32,000 nt of DNA from Candidatus Lokiarchaeum ossiferum (lineage in GTDB: Archaea; Asgardarchaeota; Lokiarchaeia; Sigyniarchaeales; Promethearchaeaceae): assembly GCA_025839675.1 (NCBI GenBank), contig CP104013.1:4380001-4412000 (forward strand), written 5' to 3'. Both the position numbers and the translations under genes were made by a program. Of this stretch, positions 23,994-32,000 are shown piece after piece. Under the pieces are notes generated by a model. It saw only the letters and a list, made by a program, of their open reading frames with translations. It did no database searches and was not told the DNA's origin. The first letter of the stretch is position 1, and each line of letters opens with the position of its first letter.

Positions 23994-26372
23994 GTGAAAA
24001 CTATGCAAAGTATGAAATGGAAAACTATTCGCCAAAAAAAAACGCTTTACTTAATTCGCGTTTTTTTTGTTGCGATATTTATTTTAGGCGTTGGAAGTAG
24101 CCTTCTCTATAATGATTCGATGAATATGGCATCGAAATCTCAGACTGAATTACTCTTCAATGAAATTCAATCTGCTGTTGAGCACTCTCCAATATATATT
24201 AATGGGGATGCTGAATTGGATGCCTTCTGTTCTGGAAATGGCACAACTGGTTTGAGTTGGGCAACGGCCCATGTAATTGATGGATATGAACTTAATCGAA
24301 CTGATGAAACATACGGAGTGTGGTTGAACCAAACCACCCGACATGTCATTATCAAGAATGTTCAAATGATACCACAATTTTCATATGCGATGGCACTTAT
24401 TAATGGATCAAACATCAAAATCCAAAATATGTATACTAATGAAGGGGCATACTCGATTTTCATGGAAGGCTGCGAAAATATTACAATTACGAACAGTAAT
24501 TTTGAAAATACTGGATATGGAATTTATATGGAACAATCTCAAAACGTCACTATTTCACGTTGTCGTTTTGGATTTGATGGTTCTGGAATAGTTATGACAA
24601 AGCCTTTATATGTGCTTAACTCCGCAAATATTACAGTTGATCTATGTGAATTTGATGATTTATACAAACCTAATAGCGGCGATTGTTATTGTTCGGTTAT
24701 TGATTCCGTAGATTTTGCAATGTTCAATTCTACTATGCAAAGTTCACAATCTATGAATAGCGCCCCTGCCTTTTTGCAAATTTCTGGTGGCTCTCATTCG
24801 CAAGTGACTAATAATAGCGTTTCAAATACAGAAGAATGGGGATTACGTTTTCTGGATCATTCTGATTTCCTTGTATTAAATAATGTGATTGATGTTACCG
24901 ATGATGACTCCATTTATCTCTCTGGCTGTCATAACGGCTATTTCGCTCACAATAACCTCTCGAACGAAGGAATTTTATTTCATGATACTGCAGTCTCCGA
25001 AAATATGACCATTGATACCACGAATTTAGTCAATGATCAACCACTTTATTATTATGAAAACACAAGCCAGATAGATGAAAGTTTGGGGGAAATTGGACAA
25101 TTGATTCTCAATCATGTCAATAATTCTCAAATTTCAGAGACTCAGATCGGCGAAAATGCTCGTGCGATTCAAATGTTTGGATGTGAGAACATTACCTTCG
25201 ATCAATTAAATCTTACAGATTTTCATAATTTTGGAATTTACAGCAATTATATCAATAATTTTACTTGTACAAATCTGACATTAGATGGGATTGGTTATGG
25301 CATTTACAGCTACGAAATAGATACCTTGCATGTAGAAGGTTGTAATATAACAACCACAGGCACTGCGATTTATACTCGAAATGCACAAGATGTATTCATA
25401 GATAATAATGAACTCCGAGCGAATTCAAGGGGTGTTAATTTTCAAGCCGCAGATACTGTAATTTTGACCAATAATGCGTTTATCGATTGTAGCTATGAAT
25501 ACAATTATTATGATGTAACCAATTTTTCGCTAGACGATTCCAATACCCGAAATGGTATCCCAATGTTCTATCGCACCGATCTTTTTAATCAAACATACAA
25601 CATTGGGCCAAAATCTGAATTTCATTTAGTAAATTGTCGAAATTTAATAATTTACAACTTAGAACTAATCATTGGATCAAATGGAATTATATTGAGAAAT
25701 TGCACCAACATTCAATTTGTAAATTTCACCATTACCGAATCAGAATACGCTTTTGTTTTCTCGGATTGTGAGAATGTCTTCATGATTAATGGCACCTTGA
25801 CGAACTGTGATTCGGGAGGCGAACTGGAAAATTGTAATAATACTCTTATCCAACGCACCTTCTTTAATGGATCTACCGATTACCTTATTAGTCTTTATGA
25901 CTGTTATGACCTTAATTTTACAGAAAATGGATTTTTAAATTTCTCATATGGGATTTATGCAGATACCTGCTTCAATGTTTCGATTGTCGATAATATATAC
26001 GGCAATAATGATTCTGTCTTCATCGAAAGTGAAGATGTCAGTAATTTAGTGGTTGAAGACAATCTCGAAGATGACGAATACGATCGCGATTCTTTTGGAC
26101 CATTATATATCGATCCCGATCCTTTTGGGAAGAAAGATAATTCTCAAGACCCAGGGGATGGGACAGACACATCCACATCAACTTCGACCAACACCACTAC
26201 TGATACGACCGATACTAATACAGATCCACAACCTACCTCGGGGCTCGATCCATTAGTTATTATATTGATTATCGCAGGCAGTGTGTTAATAATTGGGTCG
26301 GTCATTTTCTTATTACTTAAAAATGATGTAATCCAGACTTCAAACAATCAAAATTCAACACAACACAAATAA
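23994..26372 (+). CDS. Surface protein with two right-handed parallel beta-helix (PbH1/NosD-like) modules, Thr-rich stalk and C-terminal TM anchor
   Basis: N-terminal signal anchor. Repeated ~22-aa units such as NITITNSNFENTGYGIYMEQSQNVTISRCRF. Two N-x-x-P-x-[YF]-Y junction motifs (VNDQPLYYYEN, RNGIPMFYRTD). Roughly thirty N-x-S/T sequons by eye. TSTSTSTNTTTDTTDTNTD stalk, then a TM helix. The start could be GTG 23994 or ATG 24003/24012. Confidence 0.8.
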   Translation: MKTMQSMKWKTIRQKKTLYLIRVFFVAIFILGVGSSLLYNDSMNMASKSQTELLFNEIQSAVEHSPIYINGDAELDAFCSGNGTTGLSWATAHVIDGYELNRTDETYGVWLNQTTRHVIIKNVQMIPQFSYAMALINGSNIKIQNMYTNEGAYSIFMEGCENITITNSNFENTGYGIYMEQSQNVTISRCRFGFDGSGIVMTKPLYVLNSANITVDLCEFDDLYKPNSGDCYCSVIDSVDFAMFNSTMQSSQSMNSAPAFLQISGGSHSQVTNNSVSNTEEWGLRFLDHSDFLVLNNVIDVTDDDSIYLSGCHNGYFAHNNLSNEGILFHDTAVSENMTIDTTNLVNDQPLYYYENTSQIDESLGEIGQLILNHVNNSQISETQIGENARAIQMFGCENITFDQLNLTDFHNFGIYSNYINNFTCTNLTLDGIGYGIYSYEIDTLHVEGCNITTTGTAIYTRNAQDVFIDNNELRANSRGVNFQAADTVILTNNAFIDCSYEYNYYDVTNFSLDDSNTRNGIPMFYRTDLFNQTYNIGPKSEFHLVNCRNLIIYNLELIIGSNGIILRNCTNIQFVNFTITESEYAFVFSDCENVFMINGTLTNCDSGGELENCNNTLIQRTFFNGSTDYLISLYDCYDLNFTENGFLNFSYGIYADTCFNVSIVDNIYGNNDSVFIESEDVSNLVVEDNLEDDEYDRDSFGPLYIDPDPFGKKDNSQDPGDGTDTSTSTSTNTTTDTTDTNTDPQPTSGLDPLVIILIIAGSVLIIGSVIFLLLKNDVIQTSNNQNSTQHK

Positions 26373-26611
26373 GTGGTTAATTTTCATCTTTTTTCTTTTT
26401 TAAACTCCATTTCAATCTCAAATCCTTAAAATTTTCTTAAATTGGTTTATAATTAAAATATTTACAAGAGATTGTACCACTGCAATTTTTCATTTAAAAA
26501 GAATTCTTGCCAAAATTTCACCAATTTGCGGAAGATCTTTCTATAGAACTTAAAAGCTTTGGGTTCATATCAGTTAATATCTCACTCAAAAAAGTGGATG
26601 TTGTGATAAAA

Positions 26612-27976
26612 ATGAAAAAAATTTTAGCTTTAAGCATGATTGCATTTTTATTCCTTGGAAGTAGTATTTTATCGGTTCAAGCTCCTGGTTCGGAAGAAAA
26701 TTCTGGAACTGGAACTGATCCGATTTATACCTACGATATTAATGTGGGGGATAATTTTGTCTATAATGTCGTTTTTAATATAACTCTTGGATTTGAAAAC
26801 CAGAGTGTCGTTTCCGAAATTGATCGTTGGTTGAATGAAACCTACTCAACTGAAGATTATGCCGATATTTCTGACTCTTGGATGTTTATTTCTGATTTAG
26901 TTGGTTTTATCAATCAAGATCTCCAGATTAATTTAACCATATCCCAAAAATACCTCGCATGGGAAAATAAAACCGAATATTATGGAGATACTCGATATTC
27001 TGCCTATGATGTTTTTAATGCATCAATTCGAATGCGGGAAAATGGTGATGACGAATGGATTACACCTGCCGAATTTGAGAAAAATAAAGTTGATGAATTT
27101 GTTGCTATTGCAGTAAATAACTCTGATTTAGAAGCTGATGATCCTTCTGTAGTGAATTATACTGCTGAAGCAAAAGAGTCAATCGATAACGAACCAATGG
27201 ATTGGGATAATACTGAGATTTCTCGTGTCCAGTCGGATTACAAGTATTATTACGAAAACGGAACTTTATATGATCCTACCACTGAATCGGATTATGATCC
27301 AAACGAACCAAGTGCTCCTTTAGAGCATTTTGAACCTTCAGGTTTGCCTTTCTTCTTACCCAACACTTTCAATTTCTCCGAATGGTTGGGGTATGCTGAA
27401 AGTGATGTGAATTATGATGTTGCTCAAACGAATGTCACCGACCGTACTTTTGATTCTTTTGATGATTATATTTCAAAGATGGGAATTATTGCCTTAAATG
27501 CAAATGAACATGGTATTGGAATCGCTTTTACTTCCGATGATGCTGATGAAACCTTTTTCACTAGTGAAACGGGCAATAATTTGACAGAAATTAAAGAGAA
27601 TCTTAAAGATTATCTCGCTGTGTTTCATGGTGCTATTGAATATGATGATAGTTTTGCATTGGCCTCTTTTGTATCCTACATGGATTTTTCATTTTCGTTA
27701 GATACAATGGAAACTTTAGCCAACAATGAAAGTGCTCCATATATCAAAGACGAAAAAATTCAGTTAGGTATTGTCACCTCTGTTGTACAAGATGGGTTTA
27801 CTGCCCCTACTCCTGAACAGATTGAATCAGGGGAACTTGGTGATGATCGTGATATGGAAGTTGATGCTGGATTCTTTGGATTCTTAGACAGCATTCCAGG
27901 GTATTCCAATGTGCTCATTGGCATTTTAGGATTGGTCAGTGTTGTGGGTTTGATTGTAAAAAATCACAAGAAATAA
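26612..27976 (+). CDS. Secreted acidic surface protein carrying one copy of the novel module and an IPGY-type C-terminal anchor
   Basis: ATG 26612 gives a clean signal peptide MKKILALSMIAFLFLGSSILSVQA, so the ORF-track start 26507 was rejected. It shares VGDNFVYNVVFNI, YDVFNASI and IEYDDSFALASF with the modules of the next gene. It ends GFLDSIPGYSNVLIGILGLVSVVGLIVKNHKK. Confidence 0.75.
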   Translation: MKKILALSMIAFLFLGSSILSVQAPGSEENSGTGTDPIYTYDINVGDNFVYNVVFNITLGFENQSVVSEIDRWLNETYSTEDYADISDSWMFISDLVGFINQDLQINLTISQKYLAWENKTEYYGDTRYSAYDVFNASIRMRENGDDEWITPAEFEKNKVDEFVAIAVNNSDLEADDPSVVNYTAEAKESIDNEPMDWDNTEISRVQSDYKYYYENGTLYDPTTESDYDPNEPSAPLEHFEPSGLPFFLPNTFNFSEWLGYAESDVNYDVAQTNVTDRTFDSFDDYISKMGIIALNANEHGIGIAFTSDDADETFFTSETGNNLTEIKENLKDYLAVFHGAIEYDDSFALASFVSYMDFSFSLDTMETLANNESAPYIKDEKIQLGIVTSVVQDGFTAPTPEQIESGELGDDRDMEVDAGFFGFLDSIPGYSNVLIGILGLVSVVGLIVKNHKK

Positions 27977-28290
27977 ACTGAAAAGTTTGTTGTATTTTAC
28001 CTAAATGTCTTTTTTTTGGTTTTTTTTATCGTTTCATTTTTAATGCAATAGATGTAACCAATTGAATATCGCTTTCATCAATCGCATGTAATAAAATTCA
28101 TTAATTTTTGTTGTATATGGGGATGGAAACGACCGTTTTTTTTTAAGTGGATTATGAAATACTACTTTAGAGAATACAATGATTTTTACAAATCTCTATT
28201 CTGTTATTTTGAAAGATTTGGAACAAAATTGCTCAAAAAAAAACTAAAGGACTGATTTGTTTGTGAATAATCATTTTTAAGATGGATAGA

Positions 28291-28298
28291 TATATAAA
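28291..28298 (+). promoter_or_regulatory. TATA-like box (TATATAAA) upstream of the 977-aa surface protein gene
   Basis: The only strong TATA-like element in the 392-nt spacer. It implies a ~50-nt leader containing two AGGTATTAC[GA]TTA copies; the second includes a GAGGT SD-like core 8 nt from the ATG. Confidence 0.35.
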
Positions 28299-28371
28299 TT
28301 CAATTTTCATTGTAAGATCCTATACCTAAAACAAAGGTATTACGTTACCTTAAACTTAGAGGTATTACATT

Positions 28372-31305
28372 ATGAAGCGAAACACGAAATTTTTAGTGTC
28401 CTTAGCCTTCATTTTTACCCTATCTTCTTTCTTTAGCAATGTTAGTGCTACTTTTCCAGAAGATTGGGGTGTTACAGAAGGAGATACGATATACTATACT
28501 GCTGGTTTTGATTTAGAAATCAACCTTCCAGATGCAGTATGGAATGAGATTAATGAATCTTTATGGTATGAAATTAACCAGACACAATTTAATGATATGG
28601 GTGTTGGTTATAGTAATTCCGTTGCAGCCACTTTTGATGCAAAAGGTATTTTTGACGGTTTACTGGCTTTACCAACAGTCTTTAACTTGAAAGTTGACAT
28701 AAATGAAGTAGAAACTGTTCGGGAAGATAAAGGAGATTATTGGGTAGATTATGATGTTTTCAATGTATCAATCAATGCTGCTCTTCCTGGTGAAACATAT
28801 CTTCCCTTCGAGAATTTCACAATGAACTATGCTGAGAATATCATTATCCCATTTATTGATGATGTATTTCCCGAAGTCATTGCAGAAAATTTAACTGCTG
28901 AACTTCAAGAAAGTCTTGATAACGCAACGGTTAGCTTTGGTGGGGAAGGGTATGATTATGCATTACATGATTTTGACATCCTATCTTGGCCGGATGACAC
29001 CAATGAAACAATTTCTGAAGATGGAATTCAAAATTTGGTCAGGGATAGTTTTGCATTCTTCGATGGTGGGGATGGATTTCCTATATTTGTGCAAAAAGAT
29101 GTTGATTTAGGCAAGATTGTTGATGAAATGAAAGATGAGATCAATTTAATATTATTACAAAGTCATCTACTCTATTTAGGTGGAGTAAATGGTTTGTTAG
29201 AAGAAATTGGTCTTGATTTGATTGTGTCTGAAAAAGAAGCATATATGGCATGGAATACTAATAGTCCAAAAGACATCTTTGGTGCTTTATTAGATGCTGG
29301 GAAGATTGTTGGAATTGATTTCTTGAATACTAAAATTAATGAAACTCGAGATTGGGATTTACAATTATTAGATGATTCATTTTATGCTGGTTTTAAAGCT
29401 GGTATTAAGTGGAACTCAGATGGTATTTTAGAAAACATGCATTTTGAGGTTGAAGCCGGAGTTGATACCGTTTCCGTTGAAGTTTTTGGTGTGAAATTGG
29501 TTGTGGATGTTTCCGAAGGTGCTCGATCAACTTTAAATGGCAAGTATACTGGTAAACCGTCCAATCCTACAAAATACGCTCCAAATGTAGATGAAGATTG
29601 GGGAGTGACTGAAGGAAGTAAAACCGAATTTACATCTGGATATGATTTCAATCTTGAAATGCCTCAAGCCGTATGGGATCTAATTGATGAAGAAGTAACT
29701 AAATTAATTAATAATACTGACGCATTCAATTTAACCGCAGGTCAAGAATTTGATTCTGAAATGTTTTATGATTCCATTATTAGTAATATTCCACGAGTTA
29801 TGAACATTGAATCTTACATTACAGATATGTTCAGTGCTGATTATAAAGATACTGAGGATAATAATGGCACTTCCGAAGAAGTAAATGCCAATTTTGATGT
29901 TTTGGTCTCCCAATTTCGATCAAAACTTCCAGGCGAATCTTCTTATCGTCCTCCCTTGACAATGATCGAAGATATTTATAATGGAATTGTTGGAAGTTTA
30001 GCAAATGGTCTTCCTGCTCCTGTAGCAGATAATGTTACTGCCATGTTGGAAGAATTTGAAGAAGGATTGCTCAATCAAACAGATCTTGGAGGAGGTTATG
30101 ATTTAAATCTTCTTGATATTGCCTCACAAATCGTACCTTCAATTCCTTATTATTGGGGAACATCTGCAAATAGTTCACAAATTCCGACCTTCCTTAATGA
30201 ATTTGGTGTTTACAGTGAATCATGGGCAGATATTCTTGGCTATGCTCTTCCATCAACACTCTATATTCCAAAAGATACTAATTTAGCTGATGCTTATCAA
30301 GGTTTTTATGATTTCATGGTAGCTGAAGGTGAACTTAATGCTGGGGAATTAGAAGAATTCTTCTTAAACATGTCTGTTGATCGCTTTGAAGTCTATGAAA
30401 AAATGGCTTACCTTGAATGGGAAGTTGAGGGTATGGATGATATTTTCTGGAATACTACGGGCATCCCAATAGATGGGCTTAATTACTTATGTGATATGTT
30501 TAATCAAACCTTTGGTGTTGAATTGGATAATGAATCGATTTACTTGACAATGATTGCAACCCTTCGTTACGATGACAACGGAATATTAGATAACATGCAC
30601 TACCAAATTGGTTATGAAATGACCACCAATACGAGTGAAAAACTTTCCTTTGAATATGAAAATGATATCTCTCAAGGTGCTTGGAAGAAAATCAATGAGC
30701 GGTTTTATGGAGAACCTTTGATCGAAATTTATGACCATTGGGTTGATCCAGATGATCAGTTCACACTCAACTTTGGAGCAGGAGTAAATCAAGAATTAAT
30801 AATTGAATCTGAAGAATATGATACTTCAGTCAAAATTGGTTATGATGCTATATCTGCAGGAACTTTATCTATTCAAGTGTGGACTAAAAACCCTTCTGAT
30901 GGAACTGTGAACTTTACTGGAGAGGCGATCTATTTTGCAGTGGATGTTTCGAGTGGTAATGCTTTAACATTGCCAATTACCATTGAAGTTGAACTGCCTG
31001 CTGATGTATTAGCTTTAACAGACGATGAAATTCTGCAATATTTCCAAATTTATACATTGGATGAGTCAACAGATGAGTGGGTATTTGATAATTTCACCAA
31101 ATCCATTGAACGATCGACCGGAACTTTAATTATTGAAATCGATCATTTATCTGTGTTTGCTGCAGGTTATGTTGCCCCACCAGCTGATGAAGGAAATGGT
31201 GATGGAGAAGATGAAGGAGGATTTAAAATTCCGGGCTATACTCCACTCTTTGTTGTCTTTGCTTCATTAGGTGCAATTACTTTAATCATTAAGAAACGTA
31301 AATAA
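28372..31305 (+). CDS. Large secreted surface protein: two tandem copies of a novel ~360-390 aa module + pre-anchor domain + IPGY-type C-terminal anchor
   Basis: Signal peptide MKRNTKFLVSLAFIFTLSSFFSNVSA. It has an internal duplication (see repeat features), many N-x-S/T sequons and an acidic composition. The terminus is GGFKIPGYTPLFVVFASLGAITLIIKKRK. Confidence 0.85.
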   Translation: MKRNTKFLVSLAFIFTLSSFFSNVSATFPEDWGVTEGDTIYYTAGFDLEINLPDAVWNEINESLWYEINQTQFNDMGVGYSNSVAATFDAKGIFDGLLALPTVFNLKVDINEVETVREDKGDYWVDYDVFNVSINAALPGETYLPFENFTMNYAENIIIPFIDDVFPEVIAENLTAELQESLDNATVSFGGEGYDYALHDFDILSWPDDTNETISEDGIQNLVRDSFAFFDGGDGFPIFVQKDVDLGKIVDEMKDEINLILLQSHLLYLGGVNGLLEEIGLDLIVSEKEAYMAWNTNSPKDIFGALLDAGKIVGIDFLNTKINETRDWDLQLLDDSFYAGFKAGIKWNSDGILENMHFEVEAGVDTVSVEVFGVKLVVDVSEGARSTLNGKYTGKPSNPTKYAPNVDEDWGVTEGSKTEFTSGYDFNLEMPQAVWDLIDEEVTKLINNTDAFNLTAGQEFDSEMFYDSIISNIPRVMNIESYITDMFSADYKDTEDNNGTSEEVNANFDVLVSQFRSKLPGESSYRPPLTMIEDIYNGIVGSLANGLPAPVADNVTAMLEEFEEGLLNQTDLGGGYDLNLLDIASQIVPSIPYYWGTSANSSQIPTFLNEFGVYSESWADILGYALPSTLYIPKDTNLADAYQGFYDFMVAEGELNAGELEEFFLNMSVDRFEVYEKMAYLEWEVEGMDDIFWNTTGIPIDGLNYLCDMFNQTFGVELDNESIYLTMIATLRYDDNGILDNMHYQIGYEMTTNTSEKLSFEYENDISQGAWKKINERFYGEPLIEIYDHWVDPDDQFTLNFGAGVNQELIIESEEYDTSVKIGYDAISAGTLSIQVWTKNPSDGTVNFTGEAIYFAVDVSSGNALTLPITIEVELPADVLALTDDEILQYFQIYTLDESTDEWVFDNFTKSIERSTGTLIIEIDHLSVFAAGYVAPPADEGNGDGEDEGGFKIPGYTPLFVVFASLGAITLIIKKRK
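28450..29520 (+). repeat. Intragenic module copy 1 (protein-level duplication)
   Basis: Starts FPEDWGVTEGDTIYYTAGFDLEINLPDAVWNEINE, contains YDVFNVSINAALPGETY, and ends KWNSDGILENMHFEVEAG. Confidence 0.7.
29584..30680 (+). repeat. Intragenic module copy 2 (protein-level duplication)
   Basis: Starts VDEDWGVTEGSKTEFTSGYDFNLEMPQAVWDLIDE, contains FDVLVSQFRSKLPGESSY, and ends RYDDNGILDNMHYQIGYE. It is collinear with copy 1. Confidence 0.7.
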
Positions 31306-31311
31306 TTTGTT

Positions 31312-32000
31312 CTAAATTTTTTTTAATTTTTCCTTTTTTTCCCTTTCCCTTTTATTTAAAAATTGAATAAAATTTTGTTCTGAAATGTCCCGATCAATTA
31401 TATTTCTTAGTGTTTTTTGATAATAATCTTCAATTTGCCGATATTTAGTTTGTTTAATGAGTTTTGATAGATCAATACGCATCAGAATTTCCTTTGTATA
31501 GGGACGTTTAGCATCAAGAAAAGTGATTGATTGCAGAAATTTTTTGATTTCAGGGAGATTTAAGACAATCCAATAATAAAAAGCTTCATCATAGTCATCA
31601 AAAGAGATAAAATAGCACGTATCATCCAATATAACTGGTTTATTATTTTGGGGGGGAATTAAACTGAAGTGCAAGTCTTTATAAAATCCAGAGATTCCAA
31701 TTTTATATGGCTTAAAAGAATAATCTCCAATCCCAAAAATGGAAAAAACGGGTTTGTTTACATAAATTTTCGATTTTCGATTTTGAAATTTTTCTCTATG
31801 GATGTTCAAATAATTATATAACTGAGGAAAGTCCGTTTTCAAATAATCTGTAGATTGTCCTACTTTTTCTTGAGTAATAATGACTTGATACCTTGTGGAA
31901 GTTATCAATTTTTTTTTCAAATCTGAAGATTTCAAGAAAGGATAGATTTTTTCTTGTTCAAGCGCGATTGTTTGGTTTAAACCATTTTCATATAATCTAC
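31312..32000 (-). CDS. C-terminal (target-recognition) part of a SAM-dependent DNA methyltransferase / type II R-M-like enzyme, truncated by window edge
   Basis: The frame stays open to nt 32000 (RLYENGLNQTIALEQEKIYPFLKSSDL...), so the TTG at 31935 is internal. FSIFGIGDYSFKPYKIGISGFYK, DDTCYFISF and LDAKRPYTKEILMRIDL resemble the C-terminal region of DNA MTases as I recall them. Confidence 0.55.
   Translation of the reverse strand, partial: RLYENGLNQTIALEQEKIYPFLKSSDLKKKLITSTRYQVIITQEKVGQSTDYLKTDFPQLYNYLNIHREKFQNRKSKIYVNKPVFSIFGIGDYSFKPYKIGISGFYKDLHFSLIPPQNNKPVILDDTCYFISFDDYDEAFYYWIVLNLPEIKKFLQSITFLDAKRPYTKEILMRIDLSKLIKQTKYRQIEDYYQKTLRNIIDRDISEQNFIQFLNKREREKKEKLKKI

Noticed and set aside
24150-26347. 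Nested ORFs 24150-24377(-), 24167-24355(-), 24385-24591(+), 26053-26256(+) and 26144-26347(-)
   Set aside because: All lie within the beta-helix CDS, which has a strong internal repeat structure in its own frame. The last two mirror the Thr-rich stalk.
28154-28255. 33-aa ORF (MKYYFREYNDFYKSLFCYFERFGTKLLKKKLKD) in the long spacer upstream of the 977-aa gene
   Set aside because: It has an ATG start but no SD-like element or TATA box at the right distance. It is too short to evaluate without conservation or Ribo-seq data, so it is flagged only as a possible small protein.
28916-30792. Nested ORFs 28916-29110(+), 29382-29651(-), 29731-29913(-) and 30586-30792(-)
   Set aside because: They fall inside the 977-aa CDS, whose frame is supported by the internal duplication and by the paralogous cassette.
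1-32000. Search by eye for tRNA/rRNA genes, CRISPR arrays, IS elements, integrases and inteins
   Set aside because: No G+C-rich structured islands occur in any spacer. There are no regularly spaced direct repeats apart from the 13-bp x3 repeat. There are no transposase- or integrase-like ORFs and no terminal inverted repeats. A covariance-model scan (tRNAscan-SE, Infernal) would be needed to exclude small ncRNAs.

Overview
AT-rich (roughly one-third G+C by eye), densely packed prokaryotic window with about 27 genes on both strands, short spacers and two convergent gene pairs with overlapping stop codons. I found no rRNA, tRNA, CRISPR array, transposase or integrase. An archaeal origin is inferred from four things: a Trm5/TYW2(Taw2)-type wyosine-pathway methyltransferase, TATA-like A/T boxes 25-35 nt upstream of several starts, poly-T tracts after genes, and secreted proteins ending in PGF-CTERM-like tripartite anchors. 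An Asgard/Lokiarchaeia-like lineage is only a guess. Housekeeping and accessory enzymes include a NifS-like cysteine desulfurase, endonuclease III, HDAC-family deacetylase, Cof-type HAD phosphatase, PHP histidinol-phosphatase-like protein, PGAM-type histidine phosphatase, cyclase/formamidase, MFS transporter, GH114/MJ1477-like hydrolase and a beta-lactamase-fold serine hydrolase. The unusual content is as follows. (1) Two cell-surface loci. At 0.6-5.6 kb, two mosaic paralogues share an uncharacterised GHTSHGSQ domain. At 23.3-31.3 kb there are a beta-helix protein and two proteins built from three copies of an unrecognisable ~360-390 aa module. An orphan, signal-peptide-less copy of the terminal pre-anchor+anchor cassette lies there too, and its divergence from the full copy is mostly synonymous. 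(2) A cytoplasmic protein whose N-terminus looks like the GIFT domain of eukaryotic IFT52. (3) An operon of GAF-PAS histidine kinase, receiver protein and a 616-aa orphan, divergent from an LMW-PTP-like gene. That gene's degenerate P-loop lies upstream of any canonical start codon. (4) A DNA methyltransferase fragment at the right edge. All homology calls rest on motif recognition from memory, not on searches.
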